Under the pieces are notes generated by a model. It ran no database searches. It was not told the DNA's origin and saw nothing but the letters and a program-made list of their open reading frames with translations. The translations under genes and the position numbers were made by a program. This document shows positions 27,382-41,700 of a stretch of 64,000 nt of DNA, one piece after another; the stretch's first letter is position 1; the number at the start of each line of letters is the position of its first letter. Source of the stretch: Eledone cirrhosa (lineage: Eukaryota); assembly GCA_964016885.1 (NCBI GenBank), contig OZ024745.1:94488001-94552000 (forward strand), in the 5' to 3' direction.

Positions 27382-27545
27382 TCTGTATTAAAATGTAAAA
27401 GGTTTCCGTGAAAAATATTTTCATTTCTTGAAAGAAGGAACAACAGAATGTGTTGATGTTTCCACGCCAGCCGACCACGGCATTACGAAATTCAAAAAGA
27501 ACCTTTTTTTTGTAGTTTCTCTAATATTTTTATGTTTTTTAAAGG

Positions 27546-27641
27546 TTTCTATACTGTCTGACGAGCCCAGGCTATCGGATTGGTAGGTTGAGCACTATCT
27601 AGCCGTGGTCCTCGGCGAAATATGTATCACGGAGATAGAAA
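27546..27641 (+). ncRNA. Type I hammerhead with extended stem II, family F6
   Basis: tttctat.a.ctgt-CTGACGA-gcc...ggc-GAAA-tatgta-TC-acgg.ag.atagaaa. Confidence 0.75.
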
Positions 27642-27761
27642 TAAACCTAAATCAACTACATATGGTCTCCGATCTTTTAAATGCTAACGATGTAGATCCA
27701 TTCATATTATATCTATCTATCCATACACACACACACATACACATGCACACACACACAAACG

Positions 27762-27811
<50 letters not shown>

Positions 27812-27852
27812 CATTTTGAAAGACAAACGATGCGGAATGGATTACATTAGAT

Positions 27853-30800
27853 CACCAAGAACAAAGCCCGCAAGCTACACTCACTCCTCCCAACCACCCC
27901 TATCCACCACCACCCGCCCATCCCCACACGCCCACCACTCTCCACCTCTCCCTCGACCCACACCCCTACCAAATCTCCCCCCTAACCCCCGCCAAACACC
28001 CAAACCCCACCACTTGTTGTCACCATACCCCCTGACCTCCCCCTCTCCGCACCTGAGCGCTCACTCCTTAGTAGAGGCCTTCGCTTCATACCCCACACTC
28101 CGCACAGCGACGAGTTCCGCACCCGAACGGAAGTCGAGCGATTCGTGCGACGCACTAAGCTACAGGCACATTTCGGCCGAACGCCACCGGCTCCGGACGC
28201 CCCAGACCCGTTTCTCGCCCTGGGCCGACGACCATCTTCTTGGACGCCGGCCCCAGGGCAATTTAGCACCCTGGACGCCTTCGTCGATGCCAGACGTAGC
28301 GCAGTAAATCGTTTCGACTTCCGCCACCGTTCCAAACGGTGCAATATTTCACGGGGCGAACTACTCGCTCTCCGCTCCCTCCGTAGCCGAGATGACATCG
28401 TCATCAAACCGGCGGACAAGGGAGGCGCCGTAGTGGTGTGGTGCGCGGACCTCTACACGGCCGAAGCCCTCAGGCAGCTCTGTAACCCCCTCTTCTACCG
28501 CCTCTACCCTCCGATCCCACCCCCCTCTACCAACAACAAGTCTCCTCCACCATCAAAGACCTTATCGCCTCCTCCCTCCTCCCCCACCGCTTCCCACCTC
28601 ATCGTCCGCACCCCCCGCACCCCCACCATCTACTTACTCCCCAAACTCCACAAACCCGACAACCCCGGCCGCCCCATCGTCTCCGCTTGCAACTGCCCCA
28701 CCGAACTCATCTCCGCCTTTCTCGACTCCATCCTCGCCCCCCTTGTCACCACCCTCCCCTCCCACATCTCCGACACCAACCACGCCCTGCGCCTTTTCGA
28801 CTCCTTCACCTATCCACCCGGCTCACAGCCCTTCCTCTTCACCCTAGACATCAAGTCCCTCTATACCGTCATCCCCCACGCCGACGGCCTACGCGCCCTC
28901 AAACACTACCTCGACCTTCGCCCCTCCCCCATTCCCTCCACCCCCACCCTCCTTCGCCTCGCCGAGCTGGTCCTCACCCTCAATTGTTTCTCATTCTCGG
29001 GTGAGTTTTACCAACAGGTCACGGGGGTAGCCATGGGTACAAGAATGGTCCCGAACTATGCCAACCTTTTTGTTGGCCATGTTGAGGCCCAAATTTTTGC
29101 CCAGTACACCGGCCCCACGCCCGAACTGTACGGTCGTTACATTGACGACTGTATCGGAGCCACGACCCTCACCCGAGAACAGCTCGACTCCTTTCTCTCC
29201 TTCTTCTGCTCCTTCCACCCCTCCCTCCACTTCACCACCTCTATCTCCACCACCCACGTCCACTTCTTAGACATCTCCGTCGCCTTCGACCCCTCCCACC
29301 ACTCCCTCGTCACCTCCGCCTTCTTCAAACCCACCGACTCCCACTCTTATCTCGACTTCACATCTTCCAACCCCACCTACACTAAACACTCCATTCCCTA
29401 CTCCCAACTTCTCAGGATCCGCCGCCTCTGTAGCCGAGATGCTGACTTCGAGTCCCAGGCCCTTTCCCTAGTCAGCCATTTCATCCGCAGAGGTTACCCC
29501 CCCTCTCTCGTCCACACCGCTCTCACCCGCGCCCGTGCTGTCCACCGCTCCACCACCCTCACCCCACGCCACCGCACACCCACCCACCGTCTCCCCTTCC
29601 CCATCACCTACCACCCTCCACCTTACCCCTCCACCGCACCATCCGCCGCCTCTTCCGACGCCTCCAGTCCGACCCTCCACCTCCCACATCTTCCCAACCC
29701 CACCACTCCCCTCCTTCAAACGCGCACGCAATCTCCGCACCCTCCTCGTCCACAGCTCCCTACCCCCCAACCCACGCTCTGTTTCCCCCCGGTTCCTTTC
29801 CCTGTTCTAGGCCCCGCTGCAACACCTGTCCCCACATCACCAACACCACCACCTTCCAGGGTCCCAACGGCCACTCTCTCTCTGTCCGGCATGCCTTCCG
29901 CTGCACCTCCTCCAACCTAGTCTACGGACTTATGTCGGACAGACGGGACGTCGCCTGGCGGACCGATTCACTGAGCACCTCCGGAATATTCGTCTCGGTG
30001 GTAGTTCCCCCATCGCCCGCCACTTTGGTGGCCCTGGATATTCCGCACGCCATCTCACAGTCTGTGGCCTACTCCAATGCCACGGAACACCCGCCAATCG
30101 CCTTAGAGTCGAACAAAGAACTATCTTCATCTTACAGACCCACACTCCCCCCGGCCTGAACTCCCCACCCTTATTCCTTTAGCCTTCGACCGCCCCCCTC
30201 CCCCCACACTTATCCCCCACTAACACCACTAACACACCCCTCCTTTTCACCGCCCACCCCACAACTAACAATACTAACACCTCCACTCCAAGCCTCATCC
30301 GACCACCCTTCCCCAACTAACATACTAACATCCCTCCCTTCTTCTCCTCCTCCCCCTCCTTATCACACGCACACACCCACCGGCACATATATACACGCGC
30401 TCACACTAAACACACACCCTACTACCACCACTAACCCTCACCCCCACACCTCTCACCCCCACACCTCCATCCCACCACCCCGCAACTAACCTCACTAACA
30501 CCCCGTGACCCCAAGCACACGAACACACTCACCCACTTACACCACCCACCCCACACGCAACTAACATCACTAACACCCCCAACCCCACGCACACGTACCC
30601 ACACACCCTCGTACACCACCAACTCTACACACCCTACCACCACTAACCCCCACTCACACCTGCATTCAACCCTTCCCCACCTCCCGTATACTAACACCCA
30701 CTAACACCCCTTCATCAAACTAAACACACACCAGTACACCACACTCCCTCCATAGAACTACACACACCCTTCTCTCCCCGCTCCACCCACATCCTCGCTC

Positions 30801-31800
30801 CACACTCACTCATCCCACTAACACCTCTACTAATACACACACACACACACCCTCCTCACTCCAACTTTCACACCTACCCATCCTCGCCCCTTTACCATTC
30901 CACCGACTGCTGCTATGCCCTCTGACCACCTCCCAGCACAAACAGACACACGGCACTCCCACTGCTTGACCACTTCCTGTTGCGCGCGCACCCCACATCT
31001 CTCTTCCGACCATCTCTTCATGGAATACTCGTATATGGTACTTGACCACCACAGAATCCACTAAACATCATAGGATTTTACCAACTTTTCAACCATCCTC
31101 TTACGGAATCACCTATATAACTCACCCACACACACACACCCCAAAAACTTTTTTTCTCCACACGCCACCTACACCCACAACACGCTTAAACCCCACACAC
31201 ACGTGCTTTCCACCACATATTTACACCCTCAGCCTCCTGATTCCTCTCCCCCCACCCCTCTATCCACACACGCACAGACACTCCGACCTACAACCCCCAC
31301 CCCACACACACCTCTTCCTGAACATGCAACCCCGTTCTTCCCCCAACCCTTACTTTCACATACACACACACACACACACACACGTACACCTACACACACA
31401 CACCACCTTCAGCCCTCCCCGCTCGGACACCCGTCTCCCTCTCCCCACTCCACCCGCCACCATCCCTACACACCCACACCCTTCCACCACCTGTTTTAAC
31501 CCCCTTTTAATTTCAGTTTATTTTGATCATGCTTTTATATTTAATTTTATTTCATTCCTTGTATTTTGATCATGCTTTATTTTAATTTGTATTTTAAATT
31601 TCATTCGCACCGTTTCCTTTCGCTATATGTCTCTCCCCCCCCCCTACACACCCTTTGAACTCTGTTCCCACACACTTCTCACCTGAGGAAGGGATTATGC
31701 CCGAAACGTCGTTCCCCACCACCACCCCACTCTCCAGAGCGTGAAATTAATAAACATTCGTTGTACTGCCTCTCTGTTTTGTTCCTGTTCAAATTTTTCC
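27853..31800 (+). mobile_element. Penelope-like element (Neptune-type): RT plus GIY-YIG, long C-rich 3' region and HHR-containing pLTR
   Basis: IKPADKGGAVVV, LLPKLHK, GRPIVS, LDIKSLYT, GVAMGT, RYIDD, FLDI, SIPYSQLLRIRRLCS. The frameshifted C-terminus reads C.RPRCNTC..SNLVY..VGQTGRRLADRFTEH..PPGLN. AATAAA near 31750. Confidence 0.93.
31681..31712 (+). ncRNA. Minimal hammerhead core in the PLE pLTR, family F7
   Basis: CTGAGGA-a-ggg(attatg)ccc-GAAA-cg-TC. Stem I is only about 2 bp. Confidence 0.65.
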
Positions 31801-31880
<80 letters not shown>

Positions 31881-32016
31881 CATATAATAGCTGTTTGATG
31901 AGGTCGTAAGTGTAACATAACAATTAACATTAAAATACGTATAACAGCGATAAATGAGGTAAATTCTAACCTACTCGGTTCTACTTCATTGTTATATATA
32001 TACACACACACACATA

Positions 32017-32081
<65 letters not shown>

Positions 32082-32156
32082 TGATGTATATAAGGGAAAA
32101 AGCATTTTATCATCAAATCGAACTGAATGAAACTATACTTTTTATCATTGCTGATA

Positions 32157-32211
<55 letters not shown>

Positions 32212-32600
32212 ACAACATAGTATATATATATACATTATATATGTATATATATATATACATTATACATGCACACGCACACATGCACACATCTACGCCTCCA
32301 CACACGCCCACAGACATGCACCTCCACACATACATATATCATGCAAAAATTAATAATTATACCTGATATAAATGTTGGCATGTAATAACCTTGTTCAAAG
32401 TAAACATTCTTCAGATCTCGGTGAAGCTAACAATGTTATCTATTTCGTCTTTCATTCGACAATTATTTACAATAGATAATGTAGGTGGAAACTGATCTGA
32501 TATTGTTTTTTCATTCCCACAAGTAGCATGAAAGAAATATTGACCAGGATTTAGAATTGAAGTTAGTCCTTTACATACGTATATATATAATTGTTTCTAC

Positions 32601-32658
<58 letters not shown>

Positions 32659-33049
32659 TATATACATATGGTGGCTGCCAACTCGTTTTCGAGTACGGCC
32701 ACTACTTTATATCCATGTAGGAGAACCCCTACCGATGCGCTGAACGAGTGTGACTTTTTAGTCCCGCCAGCGACTTGAAAACTCTGGTACAAGCACTACA
32801 CTTGTGACAATTATTGACACATAGTGCTGGGCCCATGGTACCATGTGACGACAAGTGCAGAGAGATCTCCAGATATAAAGCAATGCCTGTGCCGTGAAGC
32901 TTTTATAGTGAGCAAAGGCACTGCACAAAGCCAGTCCCACTCTCTTAACCAAGATGATATTTACCAAAAAGAAGAACAAGTCAACATCATTGGATACCAT
33001 CAGGGTTGCAGGTGTTATATCAGAGTTTTCCTTCTCCTAGAATTCTGCC

Positions 33050-33084
<35 letters not shown>

Positions 33085-33139
33085 CGGATTATCTGGTGAT
33101 CAAAATCTAGTAACACGTTGTTTAGTAGAGCTTTTGGAT

Positions 33140-33285
33140 TGTTTATAGTTCTAGAACATCGGAAAGAATGCTTTGCGGCATTCGTTACAGCACTCTGCTC
33201 TCTGAGTTCAAACCCTACCGATGTCAACTTTGTTTTTCATACAGGCCGATAAAAAAAAGAGTATCAGTCTAGTATTAAAGTCGAT
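33140..33285 (+). mobile_element. Old SINE related to S1
   Basis: tctgagttcaaaccc..gtcaactttgtttttcat. Confidence 0.65.
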
Positions 33286-34182
33286 TCTTCCTCTATAGCT
33301 CTTTCTCATTTCCACTCCCTCACTTTCTGTCCTTCTCTAGAAGAAATCTGTTGTATTCAGACCCAGAGATGAGATGGGCTCCGTCAGGGTTTTTAAAAAA
33401 AGTACCCTAGAAATATCGTATGTTAAGGCAGTGCTTCTACATCTCGTTCTAGTGTTATAGGACCATACACATGCACACATAGTTTTCGAATTTGAGTATG
33501 AAAAGATGAAATATATAAAGGAATAAGTAGAACTGATTTAACGATATTCTCGATAACTATAATTAAAATAAAACTATGCATATATTCATAATTAAAACTA
33601 GAAAAGAAAACAAATAAGCAGTTTTAATAATGTATTGAAATTTCGTATTTTTTACGAAATACAATATGTTTAGATATAAACATTTAGAAAGTCGTATTTA
33701 TGCGAAACACCCGGTGTTTCTGTCAATGTTTATCTGTAAATATAGTGTATTTCTTTAGAAATTCGAAATTTCAATACATATCTGTATACAGCTATGTATG
33801 AAGCTAAATCCTAATTCTATTCCAGTTTTAATAATATATTAATCATTGGTTTATCGGATTCAGGTTTAAATGCTTTGTGGTTTTACGTTCTGATTTCAAA
33901 TCCCGGCAATCGAGTTAAAAAATCTAAGGTTTCCATTCAAGTGTAATTAAAATTCACTGTATCCTTTTCTCAAAATGTTTGGTTTTGTTGTTGTATTATA
34001 TACCAATATACTAACCTCAGACAATGCCTGGTATTTACATTATTAACCTTATGAGAGATGAACCACTAGACTGATCTTAGCATGAAAGGAACTCAAAACC
34101 TAGAAGGACAAAATTAATTACCGTAAAGAATGAAAATCCGTTGTTCTGCATTATATATATATATATATATAATGCAGAACAA

Positions 34183-34370
34183 CGGATTTTGGCAATATCG
34201 GAAGAGGGTCAGACGACATGCTTTGACGCATAGAGTTACGGCCCTTGCCATTCTGAGTTCAAATCCCGCCGAGGTTAACTTTGCTTTTCATCCTTACGGG
34301 GTCGATAAAATAAAGTACCAGTAATGCACTGGATATTTGTGGCCTTGTGCCAAAAGTAGAAACAATTATA
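34183..34370 (+). mobile_element. S1 SINE
   Basis: Full S1 body. Confidence 0.9.
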
Positions 34371-34443
34371 TATATTAATATTTTATACTCTGCTATGTAT
34401 TGAGTACCTTACTTACTATGGTTACCTAAATTAACCCGGAATA

Positions 34444-34538
<95 letters not shown>

Positions 34539-34664
34539 CAGAAGGGATATTCAATTTGTTGGTAATTCAAGAAATAAAAATGTTTATAACTGATTCAGAG
34601 CACTCGACAGGTTTTCTGGAGTATAATATTAAATAAATGGAAACTATATATATAAAACCATATT

Positions 34665-34726
34665 TATTCTATTATATATATTTCAACGGTACCAAAAACT
34701 TTGGTACGCTTTCATCAGATAAAATA
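34665..34726 (-). ncRNA. Type I hammerhead, family F2
   Basis: tattttat-CTGATGA-aagcgtaccaaagtttttggtaccgtt-GAAA-tatata-TA-atagaata. The unit 34535-34910 is homologous to 26930-27300. Confidence 0.82.
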
Positions 34727-35599
34727 CAAAATGTGTTTTATAAATTTTGACATAGCCAAGGAACATACCTTAACGGTTGAAGTTTTCCTTGGATAGTGGA
34801 CTTAAAGACAGATTTTTCAAAATTGTTAAGATGAGTATGCAAATGAATATGTAAATGAGGTTAAGGTTTATGTTTGAAAAAACGTTATTTTAGACGCTAT
34901 GGAGAAGTTAGATATGTGTTTGTATTAGTAGGAAAGAAAGGAAAGGAAGAAAAAGAAAAAAGAAAAAGGAAAAAAAGAAAAGAAGACCTTATATTTACGT
35001 TAATTTTGTGGAAAAAATTTGAATATTTACCTATATTATGTATATACTTATATGAAGAATTATGTTTGTAAGTATTTATCTTATTACAATATTGTAGTAG
35101 GTTATATGTATAAACATCTGTATATATTAATAATTGCATATGTATTAGTATTAAAGAGATATAGAAAATTTACAATTATTAGTTGTTTATAATATGAGTT
35201 ACGAGGGAGTTGATTTTGTGTTTTAAGTAAATAAATAGGTATTTCAAGTTATGAGAGGAGAACAATTTATAGATTTGAATATTTTGTTCAGCATTGAAAA
35301 TGTTTTCATAATATTGTTAATTTAGCGAAGTTACGTATATAATAAGTTTATACGATTGAGAAAGGAAAGATAACTCCAATTTTGTTTGTTAATAGATACA
35401 TTTGAAGAGTTAGTGTGAGATTAATTATTTTGGTTGAAAGATGTGTGAATATTTGAAAATCCAAAAAGAGGAGTTCATGAAGAGGATACATTTTTTTTAG
35501 TTAATGATTATCGATCTACATCTAAAAAATATATCTTTAGAGGGCGTCATTAGAAAAATAATAATGTAAGAATTGAAAATTAAGATTATATACATACAC

Positions 35600-35636
<37 letters not shown>

Positions 35637-36444
35637 AACATATATATATTTAACAATTTTGATTGGTCGGTAGAGGTCATGTGAATGTAAAAAAAATTGA
35701 TTTTGCGCCAAGACTGTTTTTATGTTAAAAAAGTGGCTCCAGCAAAAAAAAAAAACGGTTGAGCTCCGACCGTTTCGACAGCTTGTTCCAGGCTCATCCT
35801 GGAATTAGCTGTTGAAATGGCAAGCGTACAGCCGCCGAGTCTCGACTCTTTATAATATATCCATACTCTACTACACCGCGTATCAAATACTCTATTGAGT
35901 GATGGGCTAACAGGGTAAAACTGGTTATATCCTGATTTTTATATATATACACACAATGATTCAAGCAAACTATAACACACTCTCTCTCTCTTATATATAT
36001 ATATATATTATTTTTCAGACATAAACATTATAAAAAAGCTTAAATTTCATGTTATTATGAAACAAATATGTTTGCTAATGTGAAAATCATGTAATGGGTA
36101 ACGGAATATAGGCAAAGAGCCGATATAAAAAACCCCCCAGAAATTTCCAGACAGATTTGATCTTAGTAACGATCTGTTATTTAACAAATACGTACACATA
36201 CAAACAGAACACACATACGCTCACACTCACATACGTACACATATATAACAAATACGTACACATACAAACACTAACACACAAGCATTGACACTCATATATA
36301 TATATATATAATAAACACGTGCATAAGTATGACACAAGAAACAAACCATTTGTATGTGTGCGTGTATGTATATATGTATATATATATATGTACGTATGTA
36401 TTTATATATGATGTACTTATATATGTACGTATGTATGTACGTAT

Positions 36445-39400
36445 GTTCTGGTTTTATAATTTCACAAATTTTTTCCCAATAGAGAGAGAGTCGGTTTCTG
36501 ACATAGGCACAAAACTTTCTCATTGGAATTTACACACCAACTAAGTAGATTATGTATGCATGCATGTGTAGATATGGATGTTATTGTATGTGTGGATGTG
36601 GATGTTTTGAGTTGTATGTGTGCATGTGTATATGCTTTGTATCTGTACATGTGTATATGCAGTTATTAGATGCAACACTTTTGGAATGTTTTACATATTT
36701 TTACTCTTCCATTAATGGATTGTACTTGTAGTTTCCTAACTAGTTGTGTTCTTTCTGTTCCTGTGAAGCCTAGCTTCTCAAGATTTGTATTGAGGCAGTT
36801 ACTAACATATCCCAGTTCCCCAATAATCACAGGCATAAATCTGAAGGTGTAATCAGAGTGGAGTATCTGCAGATTTCTAACCAGTTCTGCATAAATAATT
36901 TCCTTTTCACTAATCTTTGATATTATATTGGCATCTGCTGGTTAGCTAATTTCCACTACTGTGCATGTTTTCTTCTCCCTGTCCCATATCATAATATCTG
37001 GTCTGCTATACCTACATGTTATTGGGGAACATTCCACCAGTACTCTTTCATATTATGTACATGGATGTCTTCCACATTGTTGTAGCTTTTAATGTGTTTA
37101 TTATCGGGGCTATCTTTTTTACGAACTACATTGTACAGTGTTTTAGCCACTTCATCATGCCTCATAGGTAGATAGTACCGCGGTGACATCTTTGGACAGT
37201 TGCTGATGACATGGGTGATATCCTCGAAGTTAGTTCTGCAGAGTCTGCACTTGTTATCACATCTAGGTGTTTTGCCTGCATCCATATCTCTTTAGTGAAT
37301 CAGGTATTTCGTGCTAATCTCCTGTTCCTAGATTGCAAAAGCGTATCCTTCAAAGTGGGAGCCAATATAGCGGTTGTTGGTCCAAGATAGACTACTTTCC
37401 TTATCTATATTACTCTCACTCTGGAGCTTCCTGGCAACATATCCAAGCATGATTTTTTGCTGATAGGCATGCAGTTTTCCATCCATGGATTCTCTGCGAT
37501 ACTGCTGAGCGACATCCCTGGGTGTGAGTTTTTGATTATCACACAGGGAATATCTCTCAAGGAGTTCCTTCCCAACTCTCATGATCTTATCTGTTTCATG
37601 CAGATAGACTTGCTCCAGAAGCCGGCTCCTACGCTTCAAGGTTCGTAGATGTTGTCGGAGAGATATAATGCGACATTCAAATGTTGTCTGGACTGATGTT
37701 AGGCCTCTGCCTCCCTGCTTACGTTTCAAGTAAAGGCGGTCTATGTCACTGTTGATGTAGAAGTTTCCGGTGTTGTTCAGTATTTTTCGAGTTCCAACAT
37801 CAACTGCTCGGATTTCGTCTTTCGTCCAATTGAGTATTCCAAACGTTGGTGTTAGGACAGGCACAGCAAACACATTGTGAGCCACTGTTTTGTTTTACGC
37901 AGAGAGTTCCGATGACCAGGTCTTTCTTAATCGGGTGTAGTATTCCCTGGTTACGCGTTCTTTATTACATATACCATTATAGGATATGTTCTCATCTATC
38001 CCCAGGTATCTGTAGCAGTCCTCATCAGATATCGGTGAAACAATTAGAGCATTGATGACAATGCTGTTACATTGGGTTGTTATTTTGCCCCGCTTTACAG
38101 TCATGTATAAGCATTTATCTTGGCCAAACTCCATTCCTATATCTTTTGAGAACGTTGTAACCAGGTCAAGATTTTTCTTCATCCCATCCCTGTTCTTGGT
38201 ATAGAGGTTCAGATCGTCCACAAAGAAGTTATGGGTTAGGTTCGTATTTCTGTTTTCCTGTGAGCCAATGATGTAACCCTCACATTTCTTGAGCAGAAAG
38301 GATAAGGGTTTTAATGACAAGATGAACAATATCACAGAGAGACTGTCCCCCTGAAATATACCCCTGCAATATTTTATTTTAACAGTGAAAATAGAGTCCT
38401 CCCTCTCTGTCTTTAACCTTAGGATAGTAGCCCAAGAAGAAGACAGCCTCTCTATGGCTCTGACAATAATGTCTGGGACTTTAGCATGTTGGAGGGCCTC
38501 TATCATCCAAAAGTGGGGAACAGAATCGAAAGCTTCCTGTAGTCCAGCCAGACTGTAGTCATATTCCTCCTAAGTTGTCGCACCTCCGACATCGCAGTTT
38601 TGTTGATTAGGAGTTGTTCAGCATTTCCCCAAACCCCTTTCCCTCCAGCTGCTTGTTCATCTGTGATGATGTTATTATTTTCACAGTGATCTTGGAGGAA
38701 TAGGTTCAGGCAGGCTGTATACATCTTATACATCAGGTTCTGGCATGCAATGGGTCGGTAGTTTTTTGCCAAGTGGGTGTCTTTGAGAACCAGTAATGTT
38801 TGTGCATACCATTCTGGTATAAGTGTATCTCCCTTAAGAACTTGTTGGTAGAGGTCAGTAATATACCTCCGATAGAATATCAGTTTTTTGTACCAGTAGC
38901 CGAGAATCATGTCTCTTCCTGGTGTTTTCTTATCTTGGAGTTTTTTCCTATCAAAGTCACAAGGGTGCCCTCACTTATTCCGTATGTTTTTGCTGTAGTG
39001 TAGGAGCAATAGCTCTTTCGGATTTCTCTTAGCCACACTCCATCTTGGTTGAAATTCTTCTTTTCACCCCATATTTTTCTCCAAAGGGAATCTATGTCTT
39101 TCTGGGATGGGGCCTCAGTGACACTTATTATTTTGTTCTTCATATCACTATAGACTGTTGTTTGGTTTCGTCTGAATCTTTTATTAAGCACTTTTCTCTC
39201 ATCTACCTTCTTCAGGTATCGGCGTTTTTCGCTAACAGCTCTCAATTCTTGTTTGAGGGTGATCAGCTTATATTGGAGAGTTCTGGTTCTACTGTTACCA
39301 AACATCGTCTCTATTTTATTTTTCACTCTTTGTTGGTGAGGAGTGAGGTTTTTTGTGTGTGTTTGCATGTAAGGAGCATTGTCACATGTCCTATGTTTTT

Positions 39401-39510
39401 TCGTAGGTCAGCACTCTCTTTTTCTATTTTAGTTATATATGATGGTATTTTTGGTGGTGTTTTGTTCTTGTTAATATCTCTGCTATCACCAACATAATGC
39501 TTCACTGTCA
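36445..39510 (-). mobile_element. Dong/R4-clade LINE, family A copy 1, flanked by (CATA)n
   Basis: KNYRPIAC, WLDYRK, GIFQGDSLS, FVDDL, RLYLKRKQGGRGL, CRLC..H..C, RHD, and the RLE C-terminus. Confidence 0.93.
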
Positions 39511-39688
39511 TTGTATGTATGTATGTATGTATGTATGTATGTATGTATGTATGTATGAGAGTCGTATGTATGTGTGTATGTATGTGTTTGTGTATGTACG
39601 AATGTATGTATATAAGTACGAATCTGTGTGTTTGTATGTATGTATGTATGAATGCGTTTATGTATGTATGCATGCATGTATTTATATA

Positions 39689-39763
<75 letters not shown>

Positions 39764-39811
39764 TAAGGAAAAGCGAAGTAGTTTCAGATGTTCAAGTCCT
39801 TTAATAATAAT

Positions 39812-39885
39812 GCTGTGATATATATTTCAATGACGACACTGGCCACACTCTTCTGTGTGCGAGTGTCGTGATATCATCAGACAGC
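39812..39885 (-). ncRNA. Type I hammerhead, family F8
   Basis: gctgt-CTGATGA-long stem II-GAAA-tatata-TC-acagc. Confidence 0.82.
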
Positions 39886-40753
39886 TTGTTACATAATAAG
39901 GTTATGTTTCCGAGGCAATCCAAATTGAATCGACATGGGAACGGATGAAGTGCGTGCTTCTGGGTTTTTCATCCATTCCCCTGTGAGTACCCATTCACCT
40001 CCACCGGTCTGCGCAGGCGCATGTCCGAAGGAAGTTGACCATTAGCTACCGCAGATTTCAACGAAATTCGAGTGAGGTTTTTTTGCGTGTGTTTGCATGT
40101 AAGGAGCATTGTCACATGTCCAATGTTTTTTCGTAGGTCAGCACTCTTTTTTTCTATTTTAGTTATATATGATGCTATTTTTGGTGGTGTTTTGTTCTTG
40201 TTAATATCAATCCGAATTCTCACTTGAAAAAAAAAAATTTTATTTTTTAATTTCTATTTGTTAATTTTTTAATTGTTTAATTTATAATTTCTGATATTTG
40301 ATTTAGGATTTTAATTTTTATTTCCAACGCTATCTCTTAACTTCCAATGTAAAACCATGATACCTAGAATTAAGTTTATTTTCCCTTATGAGTTGATGGT
40401 CAGTCGTACTGTCAACGCTTGGTGAGAGGTAGTATTATGACCTGTAAAAACTAACACTCTCCCATCCCCTCTGGCTTTCGGCTGACTGCCACAGTTGGGA
40501 TGGGTAGCAGTAAACTATGGTAAGGCATAGGTGGGCCATTGTTTGGCTGAGAGGGTGAACTGACTAAGCGAATTTCGTTGAAATCTGCGGTAGCTAATGG
40601 TCAACTTCTTTCGGACATGCGCCTGCGCAGACCGGTGGGGATGAATTGGTACTCACGGGGGAATGGATGAAAAACCCAAAAGCACGCACTTCATCCGTTC
40701 CCATGTCGATTCAATTTGGATTGCCTCGGAAACATAACCTTATTATGTAACAA

Positions 40754-40827
40754 GCTGTCTGATGATGTCACAACACTCGCACACAGAACAGTGTGGCCAG
40801 TGTCGTCATTGAAATATATATCACAGC
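40754..40827 (+). ncRNA. Type I hammerhead, family F8
   Basis: gctgt-CTGATGA-tgtcacaacact..cacac(agaaca)gtgtg..agtgtcgtcatt-GAAA-tatata-TC-acagc. Confidence 0.82.
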
Positions 40828-40950
40828 ATTATTATTAAAGGACTTGAACATCTGAAACTACTTCGCTTTTCCTTATTCGATATTAACTCCGTCACTCCTA
40901 TGTGGAAAAAGTACGTTGAGTGCTTGAATTTAATTGCATCAATGTTTACC

Positions 40951-41006
<56 letters not shown>

Positions 41007-41351
41007 TATATATATACACGTTATTATACCTATTATATTTTACTGTTGTGACATCAGCCATTGGCTACTCCTTTTAGACTGTGGTGAGGATATTTTGGTT
41101 TCATCTATTTTTGTTACAATACTTTCTCTTTCTTATTTTGTCGATGTCTTGTATATATTTTCATTATTACATTTTTACTACCATTATAGTCACAGACACC
41201 TCCAATTATCTATTGTAGAGACTTATATAGATTATATTTTGAACCTAAAAATAGAATTAGATTATATGAAGTGAAGTGGGTACTACCGTGTTTTTTCTAA
41301 AGAAATTTTAAATACACCGACAGACAAGAGAAAAAATCCTAATATTAATAA

Positions 41352-41700
41352 CTTCTGATCGTGTCCATAAGAGTGTCAGTTATAAAGCTTGGCGAGATGT
41401 GGTTTCGCCACAGCTAAAAACATTGCCGCCCTTTCTCATTAAACTCTGCCAAGTCCAATGCTGTATAGGGGTGTTCCAACAGGGGGCATATCAGGAGATG
41501 ATGCGTAGTCTGTGGTTCGATGACGCAGTCACACACAACTTCTCATTCCTTTAAATATCCTCATTTTGCAAGAGGGACTTTTGCACGTCCAACACCAGAT
41601 CTTCATAACTAAATTTAGCCAAGGCAGGCAGGGAAGACAATCATGGAATTTAAATCATTTGATGCTAAGAAAATATAGTGCTGAATGAATTGCCTCTTTG
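41352..41700 (-). mobile_element. Vingi/Ingi-like LINE, 3' remnant
   Basis: RSGVGRAK..LAK*GY..CDC..PQTTHHLLICP; ends ggacacgatcagaag. Confidence 0.7.

Larger units (their letters stand above)
39761..40878. mobile_element. Inverted pLTR-like element with arms of about 310 bp (39761-40070 / 40569-40878)
   Basis: The arms are reverse complements with scattered mismatches and each carries an F8 HHR. Confidence 0.9.

Noticed and set aside
35100-35560. Possible minus-strand PLE RT remnant (FLDVD..SNIH) upstream of the F2 HHR
   Set aside because: Too decayed to call by eye
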